Part shown: positions 24,761 through 37,870 of the stretch, in pieces
How the letters are laid out: each line of letters begins with the position of its first letter
How positions within the stretch are numbered: position 1 is the first letter of the stretch
NCBI GenBank assembly: GCA_002104905.1
Contig: MCFE01000146.1
Location: 90,558 to 154,557 of the forward strand
Source: Basidiobolus meristosporus CBS 931.73
Taxonomy: Eukaryota; Fungi; Basidiobolomycota
Direction: 5' to 3'
Length of the DNA stretch: 64,000 bases
Program-made: the position numbers and the translations under genes
The notes under the pieces: model-generated
Seen by the model: only the letters and a program-made list of their open reading frames with translations
The model's database searches: none
Told to the model about the DNA's origin: nothing

Positions 24761-27700
24761 GTTGCTAACCAAAAACACGAATGTCACAAGGAGGTGTAGA
24801 ACTGCCTAGTGTAACAGTGGTACCCGCTGCACACAAGTGGTGACGCTACTATACGTTGTGGGGGAAAGAGTGGATGATGAGGGCTTCGGAGAGGTTGCAA
24901 GTTGATGTCGATATGCGGCAGGTCAAGAGTCGTATTGGTTGAATCGAATGAATATCAGGATACTTGACAGTCTGCTGAAGATTCAGTCGGAAGAATACAT
25001 GGTGGATCAAGATGGAGGCAGATCCAGTGGCTTTTATATCTGCTGAGATCGATGAGAAGCTGGTCTATCTAGATGAATTGGCCTACAAAGCCATGTATAG
25101 GAAATGCCGAACATCGTAAGCATCATGGAAGGCCCCCCCGATCACAGAGTTTGTAATCACCAGGATCCGCAATGATCCTACAACTGAGAGTCCCACAGGC
25201 AGCGAATGCGAAGTGGGCCACATAGTGCTTGGTAGTGCCACGCGTCTTCCATCGGCCATCGTACCATAATTTTAACGGCCTCATTGTGTTTCAAAATCCA
25301 GGGGCGATTGTGTTAGGATCGTCTTAGAATAACCTAATGGTAGCGGATACGAGTTTGTTTGCTGGCATACCATCGTCCACCGGGAGCACCACCCTCAATT
25401 CCACCTGATATATCAATTGATCCCTATTTCATGGGAAAACATTGCTCGTAGTGGCATGGTGACTCCATTAGAGACTACGGGAGCATCCTTGTTAAGTCAC
25501 TGAGCCTACATTGATTTGTGTTGCAGCAAATGATTCTGCAGCATTTCCAATAGGTTGCATCATTGTATCTCGGTCCTCATCAATAGCTACACCGCTGATC
25601 CTGAAAGCGCAATTGTGGATACTGGTCCAGCCTAGATTCATTCTCCTGGGCAATTTCAACAACGGCAGGCTGAGGTTGGTTTAATTAGCGGCCTCCAACC
25701 GGACGCAGAAGTTTGGAGATTCCACAAGTTAACTGAATTGTACCTGATAACACATCTTTCACTAGTACTATATCTGGCCATGGCATTTGGAGCTTGCTGG
25801 AATTACTTGGCACCAATTTTGCGACTTGGCCAGCGGGTGGTGGGGGCAAGTTTCATGCTCGTGTCTCCATAATCAACCTTTGGCATGTTTAATGTACTGC
25901 CAGCGCTTATACAGCCACTGCAAAACTCGGTTGGTCTCAACCCAATCTCTCGTGCCATAATTGGCACTACAGAGTGTGATCTATATGACATCATCGACTG
26001 TCGCTAGCCTGTCCTGAATGAAAAGTAAATCCCATCCAAGTCTTCATCTTATGGATACCAATCCCCTGGGTTGTCTGACCTCAGTCTGGATTCAGGTCTC
26101 TTAGTAATCTTGCGAAAATAGTACCGGCCGTCGCTACCTCGTGATATCATTGGTCCAATGCACCTGGGAATCTGGTTTTCATGCAGCAATTGGCAATGAA
26201 AAATCCTGAGCGTATTGAGGATAAACCGGAAATCACCGTATTGTTGAAGCGACTCTTTGGAATGAAGTAAGCAAGAACTGATTTTTACGGACGCTCTGAA
26301 CCACACTACGAAATGCCTGCGTATATCACTCTCGTTAACCACCCTAGCTCATCAATGCCATATCGAAGATCTGATCCTGCTGATCATTATCTCCTTGGGC
26401 TTCTTTAACGAGAGCGCCGGGAAGTGTGCTGCTCTGGTTGACGGCATGGGTGGCCATCTGCTCAAGGTGATAAGGTAGCTTTTCAGGCAGCCCGTACCAT
26501 AAGAGGACAAGAAATCAACTCAACAAGAATTCCGGTGTCTCATGCACGCAAACACCATTTGTCAGCAGCCAGAGCGGAGGAGGCGATTCGATCGATCTGA
26601 TCGCATTCACCTCATCACTTCAAAAGCATCCTCTCGCTCATCTTCCACCCCATCGAAACCCAATCCCTAGAAGATACGGTCTCTAGCTATTGGTTCCGAG
26701 GTCAGGCCACGAATACAGGTTGCTGCATAAATTTGCAATTCCTAACAGCAATCAATTCCATGGCAACTCCGCTAGGAATCCACAAAAAACCCCATGCTCT
26801 GCATATAGCCAGGATCATCGGCCTAATCAATGTCTTGGAATCCATTTTAAAAATAGCTACATCATCGGCGCTATCGTGGAACAAGTCATCTAACTGATTC
26901 ATTCTACCCTCACAGCAGTACCTATCCTTGTCATATGAAGGACGCTTTCAAACCTATTCCCGCAATTTATGCTTCTTTTGGTTAGGAAGTGGTTTTCATC
27001 AAGCGGGCCCATTCTCCGCTGCGTTATTCGATACATGTCTCTCGTCGTCCCATCTCGGGAACTCATAGAACCTCAATTGATGCAGGGCCCAAACTAGCAA
27101 GTAAGCCCCTTTGAGGTGACTAAGCGGTCATGCCCAGAAAAGTGGCCCTACACGTTAATTACATAATCATGCTGGCCGATGATCGAGAAATACACTCATC
27201 GAACTCTGGCTGATCGATGCACGGCAACAGGAATGTCCCCTCCAGTCCATCCTGCTGCCACACCACACCATGGCATCCCAAACCAGCAACTGAGAAAGGA
27301 CAATCACCACCCACGAACGATTCCTGGATTGTTCATTGAGGCAGATCGGGGACTGGCGTACAACCATTCATTTTAGGGATTCAGAGCAGCTTGCCCTTGA
27401 TCCGCTGACTCATCCCATTGCCTGTGGGCAGGAAGTGTTCTCACCTGTCCATCAAGAAATGCAGAGTAAAGCATTCACTTGGACAAGGTCAGGCTACAGC
27501 CAAGGAAAGAAAGGAGCCCAGTACTGCGCGAGAGAATTTGCAGCCGATGCAGATGGATTCTCCGTCAAGTAGAGTTGTGGAGTAAAGCGTCCTTAGCACA
27601 GCAGATGTGGATGGACGAATCGCATCCATATCGGTCAACCCCAACCATATGCGTGTTGGGTAAGAGTGGTTGGATCTCATGGCTGGATGCGATTCATCTC

Positions 27701-28332
27701 GCCATGAGCCCAAAACAAGGATGCGTTTTGGTCAGATCTATTCTGGATCACTTGGTCCCAATTGGGGAAGGGGGTGGTGGCAGAGTGGGAAAGTTTGAAA
27801 ACAATCACTGATTTTCCATGAATGGAATGAAACTAAAAATTCCCCACCACTTGAGGCCACTCCTGTATGCAAGAGAATATAGATTTCATATGGCGGAACA
27901 TCCAGAATAGGATTTGGAGTCACTTGATTCATTGCTCATGTCGAGGGGCCTGGCCTGGTGCTTGCTCTCTCGCTAGACCTCCAAACCATAACAATGATGT
28001 GAAAATTTCTAGATTCTCCTTAAGCGGTCGGATTCACACTTAATGTTAATTAAGTTCATCATATGATGTAAATATTACTTGAATAGTAAGCTGAATAAGT
28101 GCGGGTGATAGGACATCAATATTTTGAGAAATGTGGATTCGCTGCACTTCATTCAAGTTGTTGTGAGCGCACGTAAGATTTTCTCTCTTTCCTCTGTTAG
28201 CCGAGCTTTCTCCCAAGCCCCACTTCCAACTTATTTCGTCAAGTGAACGTTCCAGCCAAGACCCTCCCTGTGACTACCTTTTGGAATTTCTCCCCGTTGG
28301 ATGTCTTTCCATCCAGCTTACTCGAGTCCAGC

Positions 28333-29615
28333 ATGCACACGACTAACCTCCTAGGAAAAATCCTATTCATACTCTTTCAAATCACTTCCACATTCTCCCA
28401 AGCCCCTAGCTCGCCTGCAAATGTAACCATTGGCCCTGACGACGGTATTGCACATACAACTAGCTCAACTTCGACCTGTCCCAACGCCTAACCTTGCCCT
28501 CCATTACAGTTAGCAAATTGACCGGACCTTGCGGACCGACTGTTTACTGTCTACCAGAGAAAGGGGAAAATTGGGTAGTGAATAAGGAATATTTTGTGCG
28601 GTGGTGGAACAAATACCCAACCTTCCTGGCCCAAGGGTTAGTGGAGATCAAACTATATGAAGCGAGCTCCCCACCCAACTTAGTGAAGCAATGGGATAAC
28701 ATCACCAACGACATTGGCTTCTTTACCGTGAAATATTACCCCCCACAATTACCTATCTTTCCAATCGACCCCACCCGCGAACCAAACTCCACCATACGAC
28801 GTGAATGCTACTTTGTCATATTTGCCCCAGGTTCAGATGAAAGTATCGCTGGCAAAGGCGATAATTTTTTCATCGATGGTAAGTGGACCGATCGATCTCT
28901 TCAGGTATATTAAGCACCAGGACTTAAAGCGAATCTAGATTATAATCCTCCCGCTAGTGTCTCGGTTCCAAGCCCAGGGCCCTCTAAGCCGGAGACAGCC
29001 GCAGCCAAGCCCACCGGAAACAATGATATCTCCATCCCCCATGCGGAGAGAAGAGGAGATAATCAGGAGTCGGGGATTTCCGCTGGAGCGATCATCGGCA
29101 TAACCCTTGGCGCAGTTGCATTCGTCACCATTGTAGCGCTGGCCCTCTTCTTCATTCACCGCAGGAAAAAGAACAGGGCCAACCGGGTGACCGAGGTCAA
29201 CCATGGGGAAAAACCCCGAGCTTTACCCCCTAGCCAATATATCCCACGTCCGGCAACTTCCGGCACCTTGAGAAGCACCAGCTCGGAGAGTGAGGTGGAT
29301 TCAATCTCCCCGCTCTCTGCCTCAAACTCTGGTACGCGACGAAGCTCGCTTAGGCTCACCGTAAAAGACGCCCAAATCCTAGCCCACACCTACCGTGCTA
29401 TGCTCAGCAACCAGGGTGGGTCTTCAAATGGAGAAGATACTCTCCAAAACAATCCACGTGGCCTGTATAGCGACGAACTGCTCAAACGAGAGCTGGCAGC
29501 AGAAGGCAGAGGGGTGAAGAATGTCTCTACATCGCCTGCCATCGTGGTGGTGAACAGTGATGAGATGGGCAGGAAAAGCATGACTGCCGACCATTCCGAA
29601 CACGAGGAAGCATAA
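28333..29615 (+). CDS. Type I single-pass membrane protein, 3 exons (28333-28444, 28510-28878, 28939-29615; 385 aa)
   Basis: Signal-peptide-like start MHTTNLLGKILFILFQITSTFSQ. Introns GTATTG...CCTAAC...CAG (65 bp) and GTAAGT...TAG (60 bp) join the ORF pieces in frame. TM segment ISAGAIIGITLGAVAFVTIVALALFFI followed by HRRKK, then a Ser-rich cytoplasmic tail. Confidence 0.85.
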
Positions 29616-32600
29616 CATAAATGGAACGGCCTCTCGTTTTCATATGGTGACCCTTTTTGTCCCTCTAATAGAACAGGATAGAGGCGTTGAGATATTTCGT
29701 ACTGTGGAAATATATTTTGAGTGCAAGTAGTTCATCTTGGCCATTGCTTAATCTGTTTCTTTCTTAATTTTCGTTTCCCCCCCTCACCCAACCTGATATG
29801 AGCTTTCTATACAGCAGTAATGAGTAAACACTCCATCCTTCCCTCCCCACACAACACCCAGCGAGATTTCACTAAAACTACCAGAAAAGATTCTTTGTAA
29901 AGGATCCTCCTTCGTAAGCATCCATCATGATATCTATGTATCGCCCGCACAACCTTGTGAAATCCAACATTACCTCAAGCCATATTGTATGTCCGAAACT
30001 GGGATCCTTCAATATGTGCCACTTTGCCGTGTAATTTACTTATTATTTGGAACTATTAAATGCCATTTAACCCACATCGCAATGGTTACAGGGCTGTTCG
30101 CAGGAACAGGTGGAAAGACGCCAGTTCTGAACCGACCTGGGCTACGCTGGGCAACCCGAAAAAGCCCGTTTTACAAATGAAATTGTTGGGATCTTTTGGC
30201 GGAAAAACTCATCCCATCGTCGGAAAAGCCCTAGCCCTATCGCTTCCCACACCCCACATCGTCATGTCTAATCTGCTGAGGTTGGAGGCACTCGTTGGTT
30301 AGGATGAAGCATGCATCATCTAACCTTGCCGTTCATTGGAGGTCCTGGCGATATGGACTCAGTCCACTGCTCTACCATGTGACACACGAATCCAAGCGCT
30401 CATTGGAAGGAAGGCTCGAATCGGATAAAAATTGATAGTCGCTCTATGACCATTTTAAGCCAGTCAATAACCTTGTAGTAGGCCACCAAAATAACCTCCA
30501 ATCATATAGGCCGATCCGAACTATTGAGTGATGTCAAGAAATTTCTGCCATACAAATCAGAACATCGGCTCAACCACCTTGGAATGGCGGTTTTGTTATG
30601 ACGAGAGACCGCATGCTTGATATGACAAGTAGCTGTGGAGGTTTCAGAGCGATTGGACGTGAGAGAAGAATGGGCTGATCTGTGTGCACTGAGACAAGCG
30701 TGGGCCAGTTCGGAATGAAGCCTCCAAGGGGATTTACCAGTCGACAGATTGACCAAAGCAAGTGAAGGATGCTCGCCCCAAGATATGTTCACTGAGCGAG
30801 GGTGGATTCGGATGCGGGCTGGGTAGACACAACGGGAATCACAGTGCTTCGACATCTTCGGCCTGGCTGGAATGGTGGATATGCTTGACTCACCGATGCT
30901 GACTAAGTAGTGGCGACCTCACTCACGAAGTGGATGAATCCAATAACTGTGCCCAGAAGTCCCGACACCCGAAGTCTATGAAAACCCATCCCTGACTGAG
31001 CCGAAATAATGGCCTTCAGTGTGCTCATAGACCACGTTGAAACTCCGTTTGAGATGGCGAATAAGAGCATATAGCTGACTGCTCCAGTGAGTCTCACCGG
31101 TATAGATGGCTAAAACATGGGCCGATGAAGGGTGTTCCGTAGACTTGAGTAAACCCATGGCGTGTAAACATATGGATCAGGCGCAGCTGGGATAAACCAT
31201 GTACCACGTGTCTATCCATCAAAATCCGTAAGATGGGATTGTAAAGCTAGGGGGATTTTGCCCGCTTGGTGGGTCAGTCGGGATGGGGTAGGGCAATCGG
31301 ATTTTATTACGACAGAGACATTGCTTACAATAGCTGATGAATATTATGATTAGCCTGGAATGGGCCGCTACTCTGGCCAAACAAACATGCACTCCTCGAC
31401 GATTCCTCTGGATGTACTGTGAGTTATTGACGGCGAGCCATTGATTCTCCTGAAGCTAGTAATGACCTTCGAACTGAGTCGCATCATCCGCCATCGTAGT
31501 GAAATAAGCAGCACTGTATCTCAGGCGGTTTCTAATAGGTTGCTAATAAACCTCAGCGGAAAGTCAGGAGGTTGCGGGCCCACCCCAGGGTTAGGACAAT
31601 ACCAGTTCCATTCCATTCCTGCGCATATATGGGCACGCCACCTAGGGGACTGACGGCCATCACGACAGCTAAATTCATACTGGGTAGCATAGATAGGCGC
31701 CAATATGGTTTGATGAGGTGGTAAATCTGGTGATGGCAATTGGCACGCGGTTGGATGTGGTCAATTTCTGGCTGAACATGCCTAATGAGAGCTTGAGACA
31801 ATGGCCCCATTTCCCTAATCAGCAGCACATCTCCGCTGGCTACCTGGCATCGCCATTGGAAACGAGCCATCGACACTTGATGGTGCCCGATTCCTGCAGT
31901 CCCACCAAACCTACGATTCGAGATACATCTCCATTGTTATTCAGGTATTCTCCCAAAGGTAACTGCTGTATGCAACTTTCGCAGATAGGAATATGGCCAG
32001 AGCTGGATAGACAAATGAGGAGTCGGCAGTCTACATTCGGCATGTATTACTAATGGGCTCGGTCGGGAGATTACATATCATGGGTGAGCAACAGACAAAC
32101 ACTGCTTACCAAATATACCCGAATGAAGTTTAAAGCATCGGCCAACCATTGACTGAATAGGGGCACGCTATTGTTTGGCGCAATATCAATGAGCGTGGTG
32201 GCATTTGTGTTGGTGATCACAAATCAATCGGGCAACGACAGCAGGCAGATAGGAGGCTCCTCCCGCTCTGATGCATTATAGGCTCTTGATGCTACATGTA
32301 CATATTTTGTAAGATGCAACAGGTTAAACCAATTGTATCCAGGGTTTTGAAACGGCTCTTTTAAGTGCAATTCAAATTCGCCGGTCTTGGTGGAATCTAG
32401 AAATCCATCGGCTGACAATGCATCATATACCTGTTATTGGAGTGACCCGAACTTCGAACGTTACGGAGCAGATATACATCGTTAGCCGCGTATATCACAA
32501 CCCTGCTTGGGTTTAGGAATCGGCAACACTAACCCTAAGAGTATTGAAACCTTAAAGTGTTTCCTGTTCGGGCGAACACATTTGAGCGATACTGGGAATG

Positions 32601-34328
32601 TCTAAGAGGCTTGAGGGGGCTTACTTGTAGATCGACTGCTTCGAATTGAGCCTGAAGATTACGGGGGCACGCTTTGTGTAAACCTTGAGGCAAGTATGTA
32701 ACGGAAGCTTATGAGTGCGTCATCCGGATGAGGATCGTATCCCTTCTGTGCGATACCAAGAAACAACTGGTGCCGTTTGCATTGGTGCATGCAGAGAGAA
32801 ATGGTTAGGTTCGATTGGAAATTTTAGCCTTGTACTCGTTCCCCTATTTTTATGGCTTAACGCTATTTGCTGAGGGGATGGTATCATCAAAGTAGTAACA
32901 ACATTGGTAATGCATCTAGAGAGTTGTACTTCTATTGCTGACCATGTCATAATATCACTGGAGTGCATTGCATCATATCAACTAGAAATACAGCCGCTCA
33001 ATAACCACAGCTTTTTCAGCCACTGGTCACTACGTCGCCTACAACACATCATTGCTACAATTAGTCAGCTCATTACTCTGTTACTCATGTACCGGAATTG
33101 TTATATTCTCTATATGGACAACGTGCCTGAGAGCCTATCTTTATTCATGCTCCGATTCAGTCCATGGTCCGATTATTATACCACCTCGAGAGTATTTCCT
33201 GACCACAGCTCGTTTTACGCAGGGCGAAATAATGGAAAATAATGATCCGGCGTACGAACAGCGGTGGTTCTCCCCATTGTTACTTTCTGGCATATTCAAG
33301 CTTCATACCAACCTTTTATTAGACTACTACCGATTTGGAGTTGAATGCCGGCCGGCATATTGGGATCCCTTCACTAAGAGGTATGGATGCCTTCAAACAA
33401 AGTATAAAAGCTGTCAGAATAAAATCTTACCCTGAATATCCAAAGTTACTTGGTTAGAATTTTTCACTTTAACAGTCCCTAAGTAGCAGTTGACTGGCTC
33501 ACTGCCTTTTCTATCATATAATGATCCCAGGCACTTAACCTACTCCTATGCTGTTGCACATTGATTGCTTATGAATGCTGTTTCATACTCCTTACCTGCA
33601 GACTCATGCGTGGTCTTACTTTTGCTACACACTGATTGTTTTACATTCATTGAAATTCTAGTTATACCTCAGTTGTAAGTTGTACTAATCTTTACAAGTC
33701 CCTATACATTGTATCAATATTGTCCCCAACTCCACACTTTGCCTGCAATTCCCATCAAATTCACTCATTGTTAATTATTGCTATTGAACACACTTGTTGC
33801 ATACCCTTGGTAAGAGCCCTGAAGCTTCATATTGTTATTTACTCACAGATTCCTATTCATCCTATCCTTTGTCTGGCAGAGAGACCTATGGCACTTCATC
33901 TGCTAGTCTTTCTAAGTAGATTCTAACAATGTTTAAGTGCATTATCTTTAGTACTGTTGTTGAACAAGTGCAGCAACAACTTGGTGCTCATTCTTCTGTC
34001 ACAAATCTCTAATATGGTCACCTCAATAACTTTTGGACTCCTTAATATTGTTTCTTTACTTGCCACTGGGATGCTTACCCTGTCTACAACATAGAAAGCA
34101 GAGACCATGGTAGAAGAAGTGCCTGCTTTAAATGCTAATTGATCTCACTGTAGTTTGTTTAAATCCAGTGTACCTTAGCATCTTGTGAACTGTTGACTTA
34201 GTGATAGTTCCTCCCAGCAATGATGGGGATTGGGCTTGGCTTAAAATACCAATTTGATTGCTACAAAGTGCAGTTTTGTGTTAAACATTGCTCTCACAAT
34301 CCATGCTGGACTTTTGCTCCTTTCTCTC

Positions 34329-34433
34329 CTAACTTAGTCACATCAATTATTGTCTACAGATCTTAGAGAACTTTGACCAAGTTCCTTTTCTGGATTTACT
34401 TGCAATATTTGCACCATAACATCAGGTACCCAG
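34329..34433 (+). repeat. 5' part of an older Copia-family LTR
   Basis: ctaacttagtcac...tagagaa..tgaccaa.ttcc...gatttactt...aggtacccag matches the LTR interior and stops where the next LTR begins. Confidence 0.6.
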
Positions 34434-34780
34434 TGTTGTAAAAGTTTGTAATTCCACATAAATACTCACCTAATTTAGTCTCTTAGAGCATTACCTACAA
34501 ATCTAAGTGAATATTGACCAAATTCCTTGTTGGGATTTACTTGGAATACTTTTGCCAAAATATTAGGTACCCAACACATGAGAATTAAATAAGTTGTTCA
34601 AACAACTCCAAACTTTGCGCACATGCTCTTGGGATCTTCCTAGACATATTCCATATGTGTCATTTCCTAAGATCATGCAAAAGTACAAGTATTACTTTTA
34701 CTTTCAATAAATCATTAAATACAAACCATGTAATCTACCTGTTCCCCCAATCACCTCCAATATCAGTAAGACTTTGTTAA
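34434..34780 (+). repeat. Solo Copia LTR (diverged)
   Basis: Begins TGTTGTAAAAG and is colinear with 13437-13785 and 52877-53224. The 3' end is degenerate and no internal domain follows. Confidence 0.85.
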
Positions 34781-35149
34781 ATTTAACTGCTATCTTACAG
34801 TTGCCATTCTAAACTGCAGGGATACTGCATATTTCATCTCAAGTATCTCATACTCTACCAGCACTCCCAACTTTTCTATAACCAAGCTGTTTCCTAGCTT
34901 CTCTGGCTCATTATATTTTCTTATCAGGCACTGACACAGTTGACTAGTACTGTTTGGGCTTGAGCAATCATTGCTGTTCAAACAGTAGTAATGGTGTCAT
35001 AATGATTTTTCATTGGTCATATACCATAAAATGTGCATTTGATATGTTCTTGTCTGCCTTGACATTGTGAGTAGCTTGCTGCTGTGCAGAATATGGCATT
35101 TACTTACTTATTTGTTGGCCTCAGCTGAACACATTAGTATCCACCATGA

Positions 35150-35590
35150 GCACACTGCCACCATTGCTTTCTTGAGGTATAGCCCTACTGACTGAGCTTA
35201 GTGTCAAGGAAAGCTGCTGCTTGAGTACTATTTGGCTTATCTCTGTTGTAGCATTAATAAGGGATCACAGGACTTTGCTTTTGATTGCTTATGTTGTATC
35301 CTAGAGAAAAGTGTAATAAACTCTTGAATGGTTTAGCTGAACCAAAGGGACAATTAAGGGCAGAATCTTATAATTAGCAGAGAGTGGTGGAAGTATTAGC
35401 CAAAAGATTCTTGTCTGATACTGGTCTGGGATATGGCTGTCAAGCTGAATTAGCAAGCACCAAGAGACTGGATTTAGGGTTGAAAATTGATCAGGTATGA
35501 TATTTATCAATACCTTCTGTGACAAGATAAAATACATCTTCACTAGAATTAGTTATGTTTAGGACAGGGAAAATCAGTTAAGGTACTAAA
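35150..35590 (-). repeat. Fragment of the LINE-like family (internally deleted)
   Basis: gttgtatcc.agagaaa.gtgt.ataaa.ctcttgaatggttta.ctgaaccaaagggacaattaag matches about 55670-55740. Confidence 0.75.
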
Positions 35591-35814
35591 TTGACTAACC
35601 TAGTAGGATTGGCTGAGTCTTGAATGTTGATGGACGATAGCTTGTATTAGGGTATTAGTTAGATCCAAAAGAGCAGAGCTTAGTATCAGCTGGACTTTCA
35701 TCAAGTAAGTACTCTGCCAGCAAATCCCACTTGTCTATGGTTTGCAGCAACCCAAACATGCTGTCCACCTTGTTGTGCATCAACACTTAAAACTGAGTCA
35801 ACTTTACCAATTGG

Positions 35815-36440
35815 GGAAATCTAGTACCCTAACTGATTTTCCCTACCCCAGGCATAACTAATCCTAGTTATTGTGTATTTCATCTCATCACAGAATGTAT
35901 TAATAACTATTACACCTGATCAATTTTTGTGTAGTCATTGCATTATCCTCTGATTGGCAAAGCCTTCCCAGGCAATAAGTCATCTGAGAACTATACAACC
36001 ACCTAGCAGTTGCCAAGACATGAGGTGATTGATGGTGCAATTTTCATTTAACTTATACACCTATCATTACCCACACTGATTTCATTTAATCCAGTCTCTT
36101 GACACTCACTGATTCAACTTGATGAGGAAAGTATAAGCAAAGTTATTGAACTTTTTGGTTTGGTGAGTTTCTCTACAAAATTAAGAACTCAACAATTCTC
36201 TCCTAGTTTCCTCACAAGCTTAGCATATTCAGCACTTCCAACAATACCAAACCTAGCCTGCATAGCACATCAATTCCATGGCCTTTATAGCCACACCCAG
36301 CTATATCCAAGGCCAACATTAGACCAGTATCTTTCTGCCAATATTTCTGCCACTCTCTGAGAGTTCTGAGATTGTGCACCTAATTGTGCCTTTTGCTCAG
36401 ATAAACCATTCAAGAGTTGTATTTCACTTATGTTCTGGAT
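35815..36440 (+). repeat. Fragment of the LINE-like family, inverted relative to 35150-35590
   Basis: Colinear with the reverse complement of about 55690-56230 and with 17925-18450. Confidence 0.78.
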
Positions 36441-36599
36441 AAATCAAATCTGACAGCAGTCTCATAAATATGGGAGCCTATAAAATCATTCACCCTAGAT
36501 AGCTGTCTGAATTCCCTACTGGATGAGTCTTGGAAGCCATTCAGAGAAATACTGGTAAACAGCCATCAAGTCATTGTTATGTGACTATTTGCACTGAGG

Positions 36600-37870
36600 T
36601 TTTAGAGGCCATGAGCAATAGTAGGCACAATGGAGAGTATTGCATTGGAGCATGTGCAACCTAGGGGACATATTCTATAATTGACACCTACTGCTATTCT
36701 ATATGCACCAACAATATGTGTGTTGTAATTTACACAGAGAATGTACATAAGTTGGCATGCTATTATAGCATAGACAGCAGGCTTCTAGCCTTTAGCTACA
36801 ATATGGAGCCAAGTGCAAACCACACATATTAAGGATGGACAAGGTATGTAAGAGCAAAAGCTTTCCATTGGGAGCAGTGAAATTGCTTTGTGCAATACCC
36901 TAACTCTAGGTTAAAGCTGCATCAGGGTCATTACAGGCTAAGCAAGTCCATGATATCAGACACCTAGGATATGAGAAATACCAGGTTTGTCTAAGAAGCA
37001 CCAAACTTCTCAAACATAATCAAAGGACCCACTAGTGCATACTCCTCATGTGTATCTTTCAAAGACAATGCAAAGTGTACCTACTTTTACACTTTATAAG
37101 TCTAAGAGTAAAAGATACACAGTCTGCTTGTTCTTCCAGTCACTTCTGGTCTTTACAAAACTCTTACTACCTGTATTTTATGGATGTCCAAGTGAAGGCT
37201 ATGGCAAAGTTAGTGACAACCAAGTGTATGTTTGCAAAATATATATGCAGCCAATAATACAAGGCAAATGGCCACTTTGCAAGTATTGCACCTGAAGTTA
37301 GCAAAGTCCAGGTAGTAGAAGTATGTCAATTGTGGCAGGTATGTGAATGTGTTGTCATCAATATACAGCAAACAGTAGTACTTTGGCTCTAAACTTTATG
37401 TGGAACACCCATGGTAATGGTGGCTAAATAATCAAAAGGTGCAATTTTGCAGTACATCATATCAGCAGGATAGGAAGAGGTAAGAAGTGTAATTGCACAT
37501 GATAAATTGGATGGTGGCATTTTACAGTAAATGCAGTTGGCCACCATAGGGATATTGTAAAGCCATCAGAAGTATGCTGGAAGGCAATCAAAACACCATC
37601 AAGTTCCTTACCATAATAGGCAATCCGGATGTGTTGGCCAGCTGGGTACCTCCGGAATGCTGTAACAAACCCATCAAACACCCATCATGAAAGATAGGAA
37701 TTCCAATGTGCAGTAACTGTGATGGTGTCTTGACAGGATCTCGATGGCTGATCCAGATTGGATCCACCCACCGGACCAAATTATTATTCATGGAGTGATT
37801 GCTCCTTTTAAGTACAACCATGTAATGTGATTTCACTCCCAGCTTAGCCATACGAATTTTACTGCTTGTG
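36600..37870 (-). mobile_element. Internally deleted CACTA-like relic
   Basis: Loosely resembles both the 5' (10.9-11.1k) and 3' (8.8-9.0k) parts of the 8281-11600 relic. 37735-37850 is an inverted homolog of 8281-8400 (gatccaatctggatcagccatc), as expected for terminal repeats. Confidence 0.45.
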
